From contig MU271615.1 of NCBI GenBank assembly GCA_021432655.1, forward strand, positions 1 through 38,967: DNA of 38,967 bases, written 5' to 3'. Every line of letters starts with the position of its first letter. The stretch's first letter is position 1. The translations under genes and the position numbers were made by a program. This DNA comes from Atractiella rhizophila (lineage: Eukaryota). The notes under the pieces are model-generated. The model was not told the origin of the DNA, did no database searches, and saw only the letters and a list, made by a program, of their open reading frames with translations. Below, in pieces: positions 1 through 13,971 of the stretch.

Positions 1-1195
1 CGGCAGTAGGAGCAGAAGATGTGGGAGCGAAGGGCCGTTGGAAGAAGTACTCGAATCCTTCCTCTGCAGATAGCGCGCATGTCCAGATCGCTTTCGTTGG
101 AATTGGTGGTGGGACGGTTATACACTGGCCTCTTGTGGGAACGACAGAGTGTGGATGGTTCGAAGCGAGGTGAGGGAGAAGATGTGAGATGTAAGCGTTG
201 GTGGCGTGGACGATGGTCGGTGCACGGATGGATCCTCTGGGAGTGGAACAGGTGTAGATACCGCTTGAAGAGGGCGAGGAGATGGAGGTGCAGGGAGTGT
301 GTGTGTAGAGAGAGAAGTGGAGGAAGGGGAGGGAGGAGGTGAGAAAGAGGATGAAGTCGAAGAGGTGCGATACCAGTTTGCGTGGGAACAGGTTGTTGCC
401 GTCAGGCAGACAGAGTGCGGAATGTATCACTTCCTTCGACGCGCCGAGCTTCTATTCATATCCATCAGCATATCGTATCATCAAGGATCCTGGGCTTGTT
501 GGAGAGAAAACGAAAGCACACATCTTCTACCTGCCTTTCATCCAACCACACTAATCCCTCGACCTCCTTCCTCCCTGCCTCCGTCGCAGCCTCCAACTCC
601 ACTCTCACCTCCTCCGCCTCCTCTCGATTCTTAAAGATCTGCACTCTCCCTCCATTCGCCCAATCCACCTCCTTCTTCAAATTGTTCGTTTCCAAAAAAT
701 CGAGCACCTTGGAAAGCGAATACCTCTCCAAATCCACCGCTTGATGTGCAGCCTCTACACCGTGCTTAGAGGTGCAAGTAGCGAAGCCAAAGCACCCAGT
801 GGGGGCGAGATGGCCACCGTTCCTTCCTGAACGTTCAATCAATCCATCAGCACCTCGAATTTCAAGGAAAAGGGAGAAAACCCACCAGTAGCGCCTGAGC
901 AAAATTCCCTAGCCTCTAACATCGCGATCCTCAGCTTGTCGCCTCGAACTTTGAGCCCCTCGATCCCCCCTCGTCTTTGGAGGAGTTTCGCGAGCTCGTG
1001 CGCAAAGGATACGCCGGTGATTCCGCTCCCGAGGACGAGGATGTCGACTTCGTCGGGAAGGGGACTGTGCTCGCCATGGTTCGCGTGTGGACTAGGGAAT
1101 TCGAGCCAGTAGGATGGTGGAGCTGATGGGTTTGGGAGGGATGACGGTGGGAAGGAGACTGGGAGGGACGAGGCCACGGTTACATAGGATGCCAT
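1..1195 (-). CDS. FAD-dependent oxidoreductase, DAO family (3' end runs off the window)
   Basis: ATG at 1195. Rossmann motif DILVLGSGITG, then MLEAREFCSGATG, intron 827-885, then RNGGH. Later exon reads HATNAYISHLLP...VVPTRGQ...GFEYFFQRP, all typical of fungal DAO-family oxidoreductases. Confidence 0.9.
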
Positions 1196-1332
1196 GTTGG
1201 ATTGTTCTGGAGTCGACAAATTCAAATTGTTGCTCACTATCCGGTAGTTTATGACTAAAGGCATTCAGTCTGTTCTGGAGAATGAAGAACATAATTCTTA
1301 GCTGAGCACTCAAGTTCCCAGCAGCAGCCAAT

Positions 1333-2661
1333 ATGCTGTGCACACGATGCGCTTTCCCATTTACTCTCCACCGTCTCACCCTTCGGCAGTACTCCGTTCT
1401 CCCAGAAGGATCTACCAAGTACGAGTTCCATATTCCTTCGTCCTCAGTCATTCTCACGGCACAATACCGAATAAGTAGGACCCAAAAGAGAAAACGAGAG
1501 GAAGAGAAGGACACCTCAACTATCTCTGTCTGGGAGCCAGAAGAAAAGGAAGAGCTCCCATCCGACGACACAGCTTCCACACGAGGAAGAACCGATAACC
1601 ATCTCGAGCTCCTTTCACCTCGTCCGAACTCGCGGCGCTCAAGCACAAACATAGAATGGTATCGAGCTCCACGGCGGCACCGAACGTCAAGAACCACCGC
1701 GTCATCATCGTCCGGCTCACGCTCAGAGGGAGGAGGTGAACGCAAGTCGGACGTATTTCGACACGCCTTCGAACGCTTCGTCAGTCTCGATGTTGACCCA
1801 GAGCCTAGTCCCACCGCCAATCCACCGCAAGAACATCCCGACCCTGAAAACCACGACAAGTCTCGCCAATGGCTCAAGCTCAAGCCGTGGATTGGTCGAG
1901 AGATGATTCCTACGCTTCAAACGTTGAAGCTTCTTCGGGACCCTGAGCACCAGAAGGCCTTACGGCGAATTCGGGATAAGGAGCGGGAGGCGAAAAGGAA
2001 GTGGCGGAAACGAGTGGATATGAATAATCTTTTCTTGCGCGCTTCAAGGACTTTGCCTGGTTTTCGAGAACCTTTCAATCCTGCACCTCCTTTGAGAGAA
2101 ACCTTTGCAATCGGCATTCAGCTACCTAGATTGCTGACATCACCCCCTGCTTTGAACCTCGCTATGTGGGATCCGAACGATCGTTGGTCCCACAGGATAG
2201 CTCGGATTGATAGGGTTGATCGTGCGCTTCAATATTCCACAAACACAGACACGAAACCAAAGTTCAAAAAGGTGATCGCCTATTTCATCAAGAAGGAAGA
2301 TGCGGAAGATGCGGTCAAGAATGGGTTTCTATTCGAAGGGAAGAGATACGACGCTTGGTGGCCCGACAAACAGTCGGTCAAACAATGCATGCGGTGTCAA
2401 CAACTAAATCATCTCCTCGAAGATTGTAAAAGCCAACATCCGGTCTGCCCGTTCTGCTCAAAACCTCATTCTGCATCCGAATGTAACTTGACGAGGAAAA
2501 TAAAGACGGGATTCACTTGCGCTCTCTGTGGCGGAGATCATCCTTCTTTTCGCAGCTCAAAATGTCCAGTTTGGTGGCAGCATAGGGTGGCTTCGAAGGC
2601 TGCTTTGAGTTCCGAGTTAGCTGTTGATACCCAATCGCATGAATATCATGAGGAATCTTGA
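1333..2661 (+). CDS. Non-LTR retrotransposon ORF1 (Gag-like) related protein with three CCHC zinc knuckles; probably domesticated; putative mitochondrial presequence
   Basis: Open 442-aa frame. C-terminal CMRCQQLNHLLEDC / CPFCSKPHSASEC / CALCGGDHPSFRSSKC (2386-2565), preceded by VIAYFIKKEDAEDAVKNGFLFEG, matches the layout of fungal Tad1-type ORF1. Possible in-frame intron 1419-1478 (GTACGA...CTCAC...GTAG). No endonuclease/RT ORF follows. Confidence 0.7.
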   Translation: MLCTRCAFPFTLHRLTLRQYSVLPEGSTKYEFHIPSSSVILTAQYRISRTQKRKREEEKDTSTISVWEPEEKEELPSDDTASTRGRTDNHLELLSPRPNSRRSSTNIEWYRAPRRHRTSRTTASSSSGSRSEGGGERKSDVFRHAFERFVSLDVDPEPSPTANPPQEHPDPENHDKSRQWLKLKPWIGREMIPTLQTLKLLRDPEHQKALRRIRDKEREAKRKWRKRVDMNNLFLRASRTLPGFREPFNPAPPLRETFAIGIQLPRLLTSPPALNLAMWDPNDRWSHRIARIDRVDRALQYSTNTDTKPKFKKVIAYFIKKEDAEDAVKNGFLFEGKRYDAWWPDKQSVKQCMRCQQLNHLLEDCKSQHPVCPFCSKPHSASECNLTRKIKTGFTCALCGGDHPSFRSSKCPVWWQHRVASKAALSSELAVDTQSHEYHEES

Positions 2662-2790
2662 CTTCTAATTTTTGCACACCCTCATCGTTTGCGCTCCCTG
2701 AAAACAAACATGATGCTATTGCGAAGTGTGTACATGGAAATGGCGAATTGTCCACTGATGTCATCAAAAAAAACAGCGATAACCAGATCT

Positions 2791-5280
2791 CTATGCCCGC
2801 AGGTGAAGCAAAATCTCGTCGGATTTGCCCTGAATCACAGTTAGTTACTGAACAAATATTCTGAAAAAAAGAGAAAACAACCTTGTATCCCAGTTTCTTT
2901 TTCAAGCGTGCAACCTCTAAGTCCTCAAAATATTCATGGAGAGCTCGCGATTGCTGAGATAATCATATCAGCACATAATGTTCAGAACGCTGTAGCGGAA
3001 GAAGAACCTGGTACTTCTTCCTGCTGTTCGCCCACTCCACTTCTTCCTCCTGAATCTGCCTCTTCAACTTCTTGTTCTCCGCCTTCAGCTCCACGAGGGT
3101 CTTCTCCAAACTCGCCTTGGTGGCCTTGCCACCAGTACTGGCGAAGGAAGTAGTGATGGCTGGGAGAATATGAGATTTGAAACATTCTTGAAGACTAGTC
3201 TTGATAGGTTTGCTCAGTGAGGCGGCGTGAGACTGGAAAGCCTTTGTCAGAGCGGCAGCAATAATGGACGACGGGGAGCCTTCTTCCTCAATTCCCATTT
3301 CTGTCTCCAGTTCATTATCAGAAACCAAGCCCGACTTTGACCTTTTCGATTTGGGATTTGACTTTGGAAGGTCTTCAACCTCTTTGCGTTTCTTGCCCTG
3401 GGTCATGGCTAGCTGCGACTCGACCTCGACCACTTTTGACTCTGATCCCTTCCCATTCTTCTTCTCCTTTTTCGCTACTCTCTGAACGGGAGGGACCTGT
3501 TGAGCTTTCGGAACGTTGTTCTGGCGTTGTAACCGTTTCTCTTCTTCATCGACGTCCGATACCTCCTCGGATGGAAGAGAACAATCTACTTTGGACCTTT
3601 TAGCTTTCTTTGGAGGGGACTGGTCGGCTCTCTCCTCTTCATCGTTAGGCGCGTCTCGCGTTTTCCTCTTCAGGTTCCGATTTTTCTGAACAGGAAAGGG
3701 AGGGGATGAATGAAGAGGTTCGAGTTCGAGTTCGACGCCGACACCTGCAATCTTCCTCTTTCGTTTATTTGCGGCGTCTTTCGAACTCGCAGGCCCAGGT
3801 GCTGATTTTGTGACGATGACTTTTTCCTTGTGGCCCACATTTTCTTCCTCTATTCCGTCAGATTGGAGCTTCGAGCTCTTCACTCTCTTCGTAGGCCCGC
3901 CCTCCTCCTCGCCAGCGGCACCCTTCGTCCTTTTCCGCTTTGAACCCGTCTCTTTGTCGTCAGATGCAGCCGACACCTTCTTTGCCTTCTTCCTTAATTC
4001 TCGATCCACCTGTTCATTTTCTTCTTCCTCTTCGAGGGCCTTCTTTTCCTTTCCTGACTTCTTAACAGATATCTCGACCGGCATTTCTGGTTCCTTCTCT
4101 CTAACCTTGCCCTTCCGTTTAGTTTTCTCGACTGAATGTAGATCCCCCTTCACGTCCACGTCTTCATCCTGTTTCCGAAGTTGTTTCTTGCGCGTACCTT
4201 TTCTCGGTTGCTCCTCCACGTCTCCCTCGTCCTCTTCTTCCTCTACCACCTTTCGTTTGCTCCTCGCTCTCTTACTTGGCATCTCCTTCGCGAGAGTAGT
4301 GTCCTCTTTGCTCGTACGGTTCTTTCCCTTTGCCTTCCTTCTCTTCTCTGTCGACTCCCCATTTCCATCACTACCTCCAGCTTCTACAACCTCTACTGGA
4401 GTCAGGCCTCTCTTCCTCTTCGACTTCCCTTCCTTCTCCCCCTTCTTCTTCGATGGCGAGGAAATAGGAGGTCGCACAGTCTCCATCTCTCCAGCCGCCG
4501 TCTTGTTCCTATTCCGGCCCTTACTTGTGGGAGGAGGCGGGCGAACTGTCCCTTCCGAGCTATCGGTCTTCGTGCGCGTTCTGGTCCTCCCGTTTCGCGT
4601 TGTTGGAATTGTGGGCACCTCATCGACCTCGACCTGAGGAGGAGAGTGCGGATTTGTATTTGGATTGCGAGAGGTCGCCGCGTTCGCTGCTGCTCGTGAG
4701 GTGGACGCTGGATGGGGAGGTTCGTCTACCATTAGAGGTGCAGTGGAGAAATCGAAAGAAGCTTCTGTGCCATCTGAATCTGAATCGAACGTTGTATACT
4801 GAGTTCCGGCGGTGTTCTTTCCCACGCGCGCGTTCGTATTCTTTGTAGTGGAGACTGAGGTCTGCTTCTCGCGCTCAATTAGCTTTCTCTTCATGCAAAG
4901 TGATATAGCAAAACGAAAGATGAATAAATAAACGGAGACATGGATATATTGGATCACAGCGTACTTTTGGTGAGTTTGCACGGTTATCAACATTGTGCCC
5001 CTTCAAAGCGCTTGCCGCGTTCGATTTTTGGACGTTTGGCACACCTGGAAGGTGTGTAGGTACTACGTAGTTCTCCCATACCCTATCACCACATCAGAAC
5101 CATAAGTATTAGCGTAAGTAGCTTATGCGAGCAAGGCCGTTTGAGTTGGAACACGGAGAAGACGCACTTGAGATCCCCTTTGATCCGTTTCCTCAGCTTC
5201 TCCTCGTGCGTTAGGATGCGATTTGGGTCTGGAGCAGGCGATTTTCGACGTAAGATGACATTGGGCGAGTCCCAGGGCAT
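2791..5280 (-). CDS. Hypothetical low-complexity Lys/Glu/Arg-rich protein with C-terminal coiled coil, likely nuclear
   Basis: Long ORF 2963-4993 plus spliced small exons: MPWDSPNV...IKGDLK|VWENYVV...NSPK|TSVSTTK... and ...RKKYQ|QSRALHEYFEDLEVARLKKKLGYK|GKSDEILLHLRA*. Many basic NLS-like clusters. Start codon uncertain. Confidence 0.7.
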
Positions 5281-5668
5281 TCCTTACGTCCAACCATGGA
5301 CCGTTAGCTGTGAGCAATGAGCTTCGGAGGGCATACGGATTGGAGACATGTGGACATCCATCTTGCCAATTTCTCACTAATTAACCGAGTTATCTGCACT
5401 GTCCAGCTCCGAATGCCCTGAGCCTAGCCCCCAAACACGTCCTTGTGAACTTGGAGGTCTCGATCGCGAGTAACTGTCAGAGGAGTAACAATGCGACGAC
5501 GCGCGCTCACCCGCGCCCTCTGCGCTTCGGCCACGTAAACGGATTGAGAAATTCAGTGACTTCATTCTTCGACCACTTTACTTTTCTTCGCCACTCTCCA
5601 ACAGCTACCCACTGTAGCCTACCACTTCTTAGGAGACCCTTACTAACTCAGAGATATTGGTTGCAAAA

Positions 5669-6712
5669 ATGTCGTTCCTGGGTCTTGATTTCAGTTGGTT
5701 GTGGAATATTCTTGCCTCTTTGGGTACGTCGCTCCTTTGCCACAGTCACAGTAATGGTGGCTCTGTGGGGTTTGCGTTTAGGCATCCTTTGGAGAGAGAA
5801 CTGACATTTCTCTGGTAGGGCTCATGAATAAGAATGCAAAGATTCTCTTCTTGGGGCTCGATAACGCGTTTGTCCCGCCTTCTCCTCTTCCAAACTTTTC
5901 TTACTTGTACCGGTGCTTCTAGCGGAAAGACTGTGCGCTTTTTTTCTGGTATTCGCTGTTTGGGGGTATCGAGAGAGTGAATGGGTGATTGACAGACCTT
6001 ACTCCACATGTTGAAGAACGACCGACTGGCTACCCTGCAACCGACCCTCCACCCAAGTGCGCTTTACTCTTAGACTCTTCAAAGGTGTAACTGAGCCGCT
6101 CTCTACTGGGTTATAGCGTCAGAGGAACTGGCTATTGGGAACATTAAGTTCACCACATATGACCTTGGAGGACACGAGATTGGTATGTCTTTATCTTTCC
6201 TTCTTCCTCTCTAGATTGTGTCGATCAATTGCTCATAACGTGTGCTGTGTTTCAGCTCGCCGACTATGGAAAGACTACTTTCCCGAAGTCGACGGTATCG
6301 TCTTCCTCGTCGATAGTGCAGACAACGAACGGTTCCGAGAGTCCAAGCAGGAATTAGATAACCTGCTGAGCATCGAACAGCTTAGCAATGTGCCCTTCCT
6401 CATTCTCGGAAACAAGATAGACGCGATGGGAGCCGTGAGCGAGGATGAACTGAGACACCACTTGGGAATGTATCAGACCACTGGAAAGGTGCGTCTTCTG
6501 GTTTATTCTGCAAGTAAATGGAAACCTGAATTAATTTGTTTGTGGTGATAGGGAAAAGTACCTCTCAATGATATTAGACCTATTGAGATCTTCATGTGCT
6601 CTGTAGTGATGAGGCAGGGGTATGGTGAAGGTATGTCCTCCGTCTCCGCTTCTTTTACTTTACTCATGGAGTCGCCGAATCAGGCTTCCGCTGGCTGGCA
6701 CAATACATCTAA
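5669..6712 (+). CDS. SAR1: Small COPII GTPase Sar1
   Basis: Spliced: [94 protein letters not shown]...LGNKID...[20 protein letters not shown]. Confidence 0.97.
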
Positions 6713-7003
6713 ACCCGAACTCCTCTCCGAATCCACTGGCTTGAGATTTCCTTACTGTCCATTTAAACCTCATACATTTCCATTTTCTCTTCATTCTTGT
6801 CATCGTTGTCGTCGGTCGGGTTCAGACTCGTTGCATGGTTCGCCAACTTATTCTTTCTTTCTCTTCTCGTTGAAGTTCGAGGTGACGTTCATGATATCTT
6901 TATGATTTACATGAACCAGAATCGATAAACGCTCTAACTCCACATCCCTCCTGGGAACCTTTTATCTTTGAGTCGCCGACATATTCCAATGTAAGGTTTG
7001 CGT

Positions 7004-8191
7004 TCAAGTTCTAGAAGTCCTCAGATCGGTCAATCCCACCGTCTTAAAATCTTCAATATCCAACGCAAGTCTAACGATTTCCTCCCACCTCAACTGTCCT
7101 TTACTATGTCTCCTGAATCCATACAACCTCACAAATTCTGTCTCTTCCTCCTCTACCTCATTCCCCAATCCCTGAAAAATGATCGACTCGTCTTCCTCAC
7201 AGTGCAGCGCGATCAGACAAGTTGTGATGAGTATGTCAGCGGTGAGACCTGTGATTGCCGTGTGCTGGGATGGGGACGGAGACGCGAATCGGTGGAGCCG
7301 ATAGGGACGTGAGGAGAGCCAGGTCAGGTCTTGGTATGAGTATTCCAGGGCGGCGGTGCTACGACGGTTGCGGTGGCGACAGAACTGATAGAGTGATGGA
7401 GGATGCTGTGCGGTGAGAAGGAGAGGAGGGAGAGGAGGGGGAGGTGGAAGATGGCGTCTACTTCGTCTGGGTTCGCTTGGAGGGAAGAGAGGATGGTAGT
7501 GCTCGGAGATGTGGATGTGGATGCGAGGAGGTACACTACAGGGATGACGACGAGGAGGGTGCGGGAGGTTGTTGCGGGTAGGGTAGTCAAGTAGAGGAGT
7601 GGAGAGGAGGGAGGAAGAGGGAGACCAATCTCTTCATGCGCTTCTCGTAGCTGTCATGCGGGTGGAGTGTTAAGCGTTGCATTGGGGTGACTGAGGAAGA
7701 ACTCACCGCAGTCTCCCTCACGGTAGCATCTGTTTCATCTACCTTTCCTCCAGGAAGCGCAGCTGCATTCCATTGTCCGTCAGCATATTCTATTTCACGT
7801 CAGAAAATGGGAATGTAAACACACTCTCTCCGGGATGCGACCGTAACTTCTTCGACCTTGTAGTAAGCGTCACTTGCAGATCACCATTCTCATTGATGGA
7901 GAGGAGAACGAGAACAGCCGCCAGTCTCTTTCGCGGGAAGCTATCTACACCAGCGCGTTCTCAGTCATTTGTCATTGCTGGAAGCACCGAGAAGCGGCAC
8001 GGAGGGACAGACTCTTGTTTTGCTGGTGGTGCTACGTATGAACTCAGATTCTCGATATACTGTTTCGCTAGAGCGTTTGGTGCGGGATTCAAAGACGAAT
8101 AATCTATGGTTGTCCGAATCGGTTGGGCATCGAACTGAGCAGGAGCCGGAATTGTAGCTGCAACTGCTGCTGTAAGCTGGATCTGGGCCAT
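7004..8191 (-). CDS. Nudix hydrolase, CoA pyrophosphatase (Pcd1/NUDT7-like); apparent 1-nt frameshift near 7345-7440
   Basis: AAVLVLL...LTTRSKKLRSHPGE|ALPGGKVDETD...LREAHEEIGL (Nudix box with the CoA-type LTxR motif), then NPDEVDAIFHLPL. The conserved-looking tail YRLHRF...ITGLTADILI lies in a different frame. Confidence 0.85.
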
Positions 8192-8432
8192 TTTTTGAAG
8201 CTTTTTCTTCGATCAAGCAACCAGCTGGATAACGCTGAAAACAGGACTCAATCAGCACCTGGATAAATAATCTGGTAAAGGTTGCTTACCTATTCTGGTC
8301 TGAAGGTTGTCGAAGTGCTAAAACGATCGGCCCCTTGGCTTGCCTGAACCCCCAATCTCAGTCTCACGAGAGGATCTCCTTTAAATTCAGCATCTGTTCA
8401 CTACTTTGCCCTTTTCTAGCAATAGGTCTACC

Positions 8433-11110
<2,678 letters not shown>

Positions 11111-11438
11111 AAAACAACAGGGTCTTCGACGAAACCTGATGATGACGACGGAAGTTCCTAATGATGCTCAATTGATTGATAGAATAATGATGAACTGGTA
11201 TTTTGAATGGGTTTGGTCCTCTTTCTCTTTCTCAGATTGTTATTTCCCTTCTCATCGAATTCTGCCTGGTCACGTGGATTCTCTTTGTCATCAAAGTTTG
11301 GTTTGCTATCTTGTAATCTCAGTCTGCAACATTGTTCACAACCACTGCACTCCCGCTCCTTCTTTCGTCACCCCCTTCCTAAGCACCTGCTCGTAAATCC
11401 CAAGTTGAGGCTGGAAGCACTCCAGAACGCACGAGATC

Positions 11439-13971
11439 ATGAATGTGGTGACGAAGAAGGAGCAGACTGATAGGGGGATCCAAGAGATCGCGAAACGCGC
11501 GCTCAATCCCAAGCCGCGTCCGGACCAAGATTTCACTATCGTCGTTGATGAAGCTGGTAACGAAGTCTCTACCCAAGAACGCATCGTGAAGGATGTCCTT
11601 CCTCCGCTTTCACATCGTCCCACGGACGAAGAGTTCTTCGACAAGAACGACCCAACCAAACCGAATGTCCAGTTGTTAAAGGAGCACTTCTTTAGGGAGG
11701 GAAGGATTAAGGAGGATCATGCTCTGTGGATTGTCGAGAAAGCAAGCGATATCATGCGGAATGAGCCTAATTTGATCGAAGTTGATGCTCCCATTACGCG
11801 TGAGCTCCCATCTACCTCTTGTTTCTGGGTAGTGGGTTGAGATGAATTTATTTGCCGGAAATAGTCTGTGGAGACATCCATGGACAGTATGTGCGTCTTT
11901 TAGGCTTGTCGGGTTGAGCTCAAGTTGCTCAAGGTATGATTCTGTAGTTTGATCTTATGAAGCTCTTCGAGATTGGAGGAAATCCAGCAGAGACCCGATA
12001 TCTTTTTCTTGGGGACTACGTCGATCGTGGATATTTTTCCGTCGAGGTGGGCTTTCTCTCCTCAAAAGCATCGCTGCAAGTCGCTCCTGATCCCGCTTAC
12101 GTACTGTCAATAGTGTGTCCTCTACCTGTGGGCGCTCAAAATCTGGTACCCAGAGACCATGTACCTCCTGCGAGGCAATCACGAGTGTCGGCATTTAACG
12201 GACTACTTCACTTTCAAACTTGAATGTGAGTTTCGCCCAATCCACCCAATCGCGAATCGAGCCATTCTTGATCTTCCCCGCGGAGGATCGCTCATACTCA
12301 GTTGGTGAATAGGCAAGCACAAGTATTCAGAGCGGCTATACGAAGCCTGTATCGAGTCTTTCTGCACCCTCCCGCTCGCCGCTGTCATGAATAAGCAGTT
12401 CCTTTGCATCCATGGCGGTCTCAGCCCGGAGCTCAACACCCTCGACGACATCCGCACCGTTCGTATCCTTTACCTCACTTTTTAACCGATACGCCCAACG
12501 GAATTTTGCTAGATCGATAGATTTCGTGAACCTCCGACTCATGGATTGATGTGCGACATCCTTTGGAGCGATCCCATCGAAGATTATGGGAGCGAGCGTA
12601 CGACAGACCACTTTGTTCACAACCATGTTCGTGGTTGCTCGTTTTTCTTCAGGTATACTGTTCCCTTTCCGGTCTTTGATTGTGGCTGAGCAAGAGGCAG
12701 CTATGGAGCTGTGTGTTCATTCTTGGAAAGGAACGGCTTGCTTTCCATCATTCGTGCACACGAGGCTCAAGATGCCGGGTTGGTTCTTACCCTCTACCAT
12801 CGATATCGACTAAGATATGGGCTTGTGCAGCTATCGAGTATACCGTCGCACACGGACAAATTCCTTTCCATCCCTAATGACTTATTTTTCGTGCGCTTTT
12901 CCTCTTCGCTGTACAGAGAGGAAAGCAGGACTGATGGTCTTTTACGTTTGTAGTGCACCGAACTATTTGGACGTGTATAACAACAAGGCTGCTGTGTTGA
13001 AGTATGAAAATAACGTCGTTAATATCCGCCAATTCAACTCTTCGAACCATCCTTATTGGCTTCCAAATTTCATGGACGTTTTCACTTGGAGCTTACCATT
13101 TGTAGGCGAGAAAAGTGTGATTCCCAGTTTCAGTACCTTCGATCAAACTGATGTGGAGTGTAGTCACGGATATGCTGATCGCTATGCTGGGTATATGCAG
13201 CAAGGAGGAGCTGGATGAGGATGACGAGGAGATGGCGTCCATCAGTGAGACGTCGGAAGAGGCGAAGGATATTTCAGGTTCGTCATCCTGTCGTAGTTAT
13301 ATCTTCATCATTCCGCCTGATCCATCGATTCATCCATTTTCTGACGCATGTCATTTAGCGGAAGAGTCGGCGGCCCGGAGGCAGGCAATCAAGAAGAAGA
13401 TTCTCGCCGTCGGTAAGATGTCACGAGTGTTCGCCGTGCTTCGAGAGGAAGCGGAGGCTGTTTCGGAGCTGAAGAGTATGAGCGGGAACGAGAAGCTGCC
13501 CTACGGTCTGCTAGCTAATGGAGCCGAAGCACTCAAGAAATCAATAACCTCTTTCGAGGAGGCACGCAAGTCCGATATCCTCAATGAATCACTGCCACCA
13601 CCTCTTGTGGATGCAGATCCCGAAGAATATGGCTCCCCTGTGGCCTCTGGAACGGCGACACCCACCATGCCGCCGGAGGCATCGTCAAGCCCTCTCTCGC
13701 CTTCTTCTAGCTCGCCGATTGCGAGCACAAGCAACCACAGCCGCTCGAATTCGCTGTCTACCGTCTATCCTTCTGCGGGAGAAATGAATCGGATTGGAAG
13801 GGGTCATTCCAGAAAGCCGAGCCTGGGGACGACGATGTCAAGCCCGAGCACAAGGCGCAGATCTCTGGAACAGACTCTCAACCTCCTCAGGTTCGTTCTT
13901 CGTCCCTTCGATTCATCAACGTCTTCATTGATGTATGAAACTAAACTGACAGGTCTGCGATGAAGATGTGA
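11439..13971 (+). CDS. Calcineurin catalytic subunit A (PP2B), copy 2 (diverged tandem paralogue)
   Basis: [83 protein letters not shown] and [16 protein letters not shown]. 11 introns, no stops seen after splicing. Confidence 0.94.

Noticed and set aside
120..200. Suspected frameshift in the FAD oxidoreductase between HLLP and VPTRGQ
   Set aside because: Careful re-reading gives a continuous frame, ISHLLPHLASNHPHSVVPTRGQ.
1092..1883. 263-aa minus-strand ORF overlapping the ORF1-like gene
   Set aside because: No recognisable motifs; antisense to the better-supported ORF and out of frame with the oxidoreductase.
1333..2790. Intact or active LINE element
   Set aside because: No endonuclease/RT ORF, poly(A) tail or target-site duplication seen, so it is reported as a CDS rather than a mobile element.
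3810..4699. Long plus-strand ORFs (275 aa and 172 aa) rich in Ser/Phe/Leu
   Set aside because: Antisense shadows of the purine-rich K/E-coding minus-strand gene.
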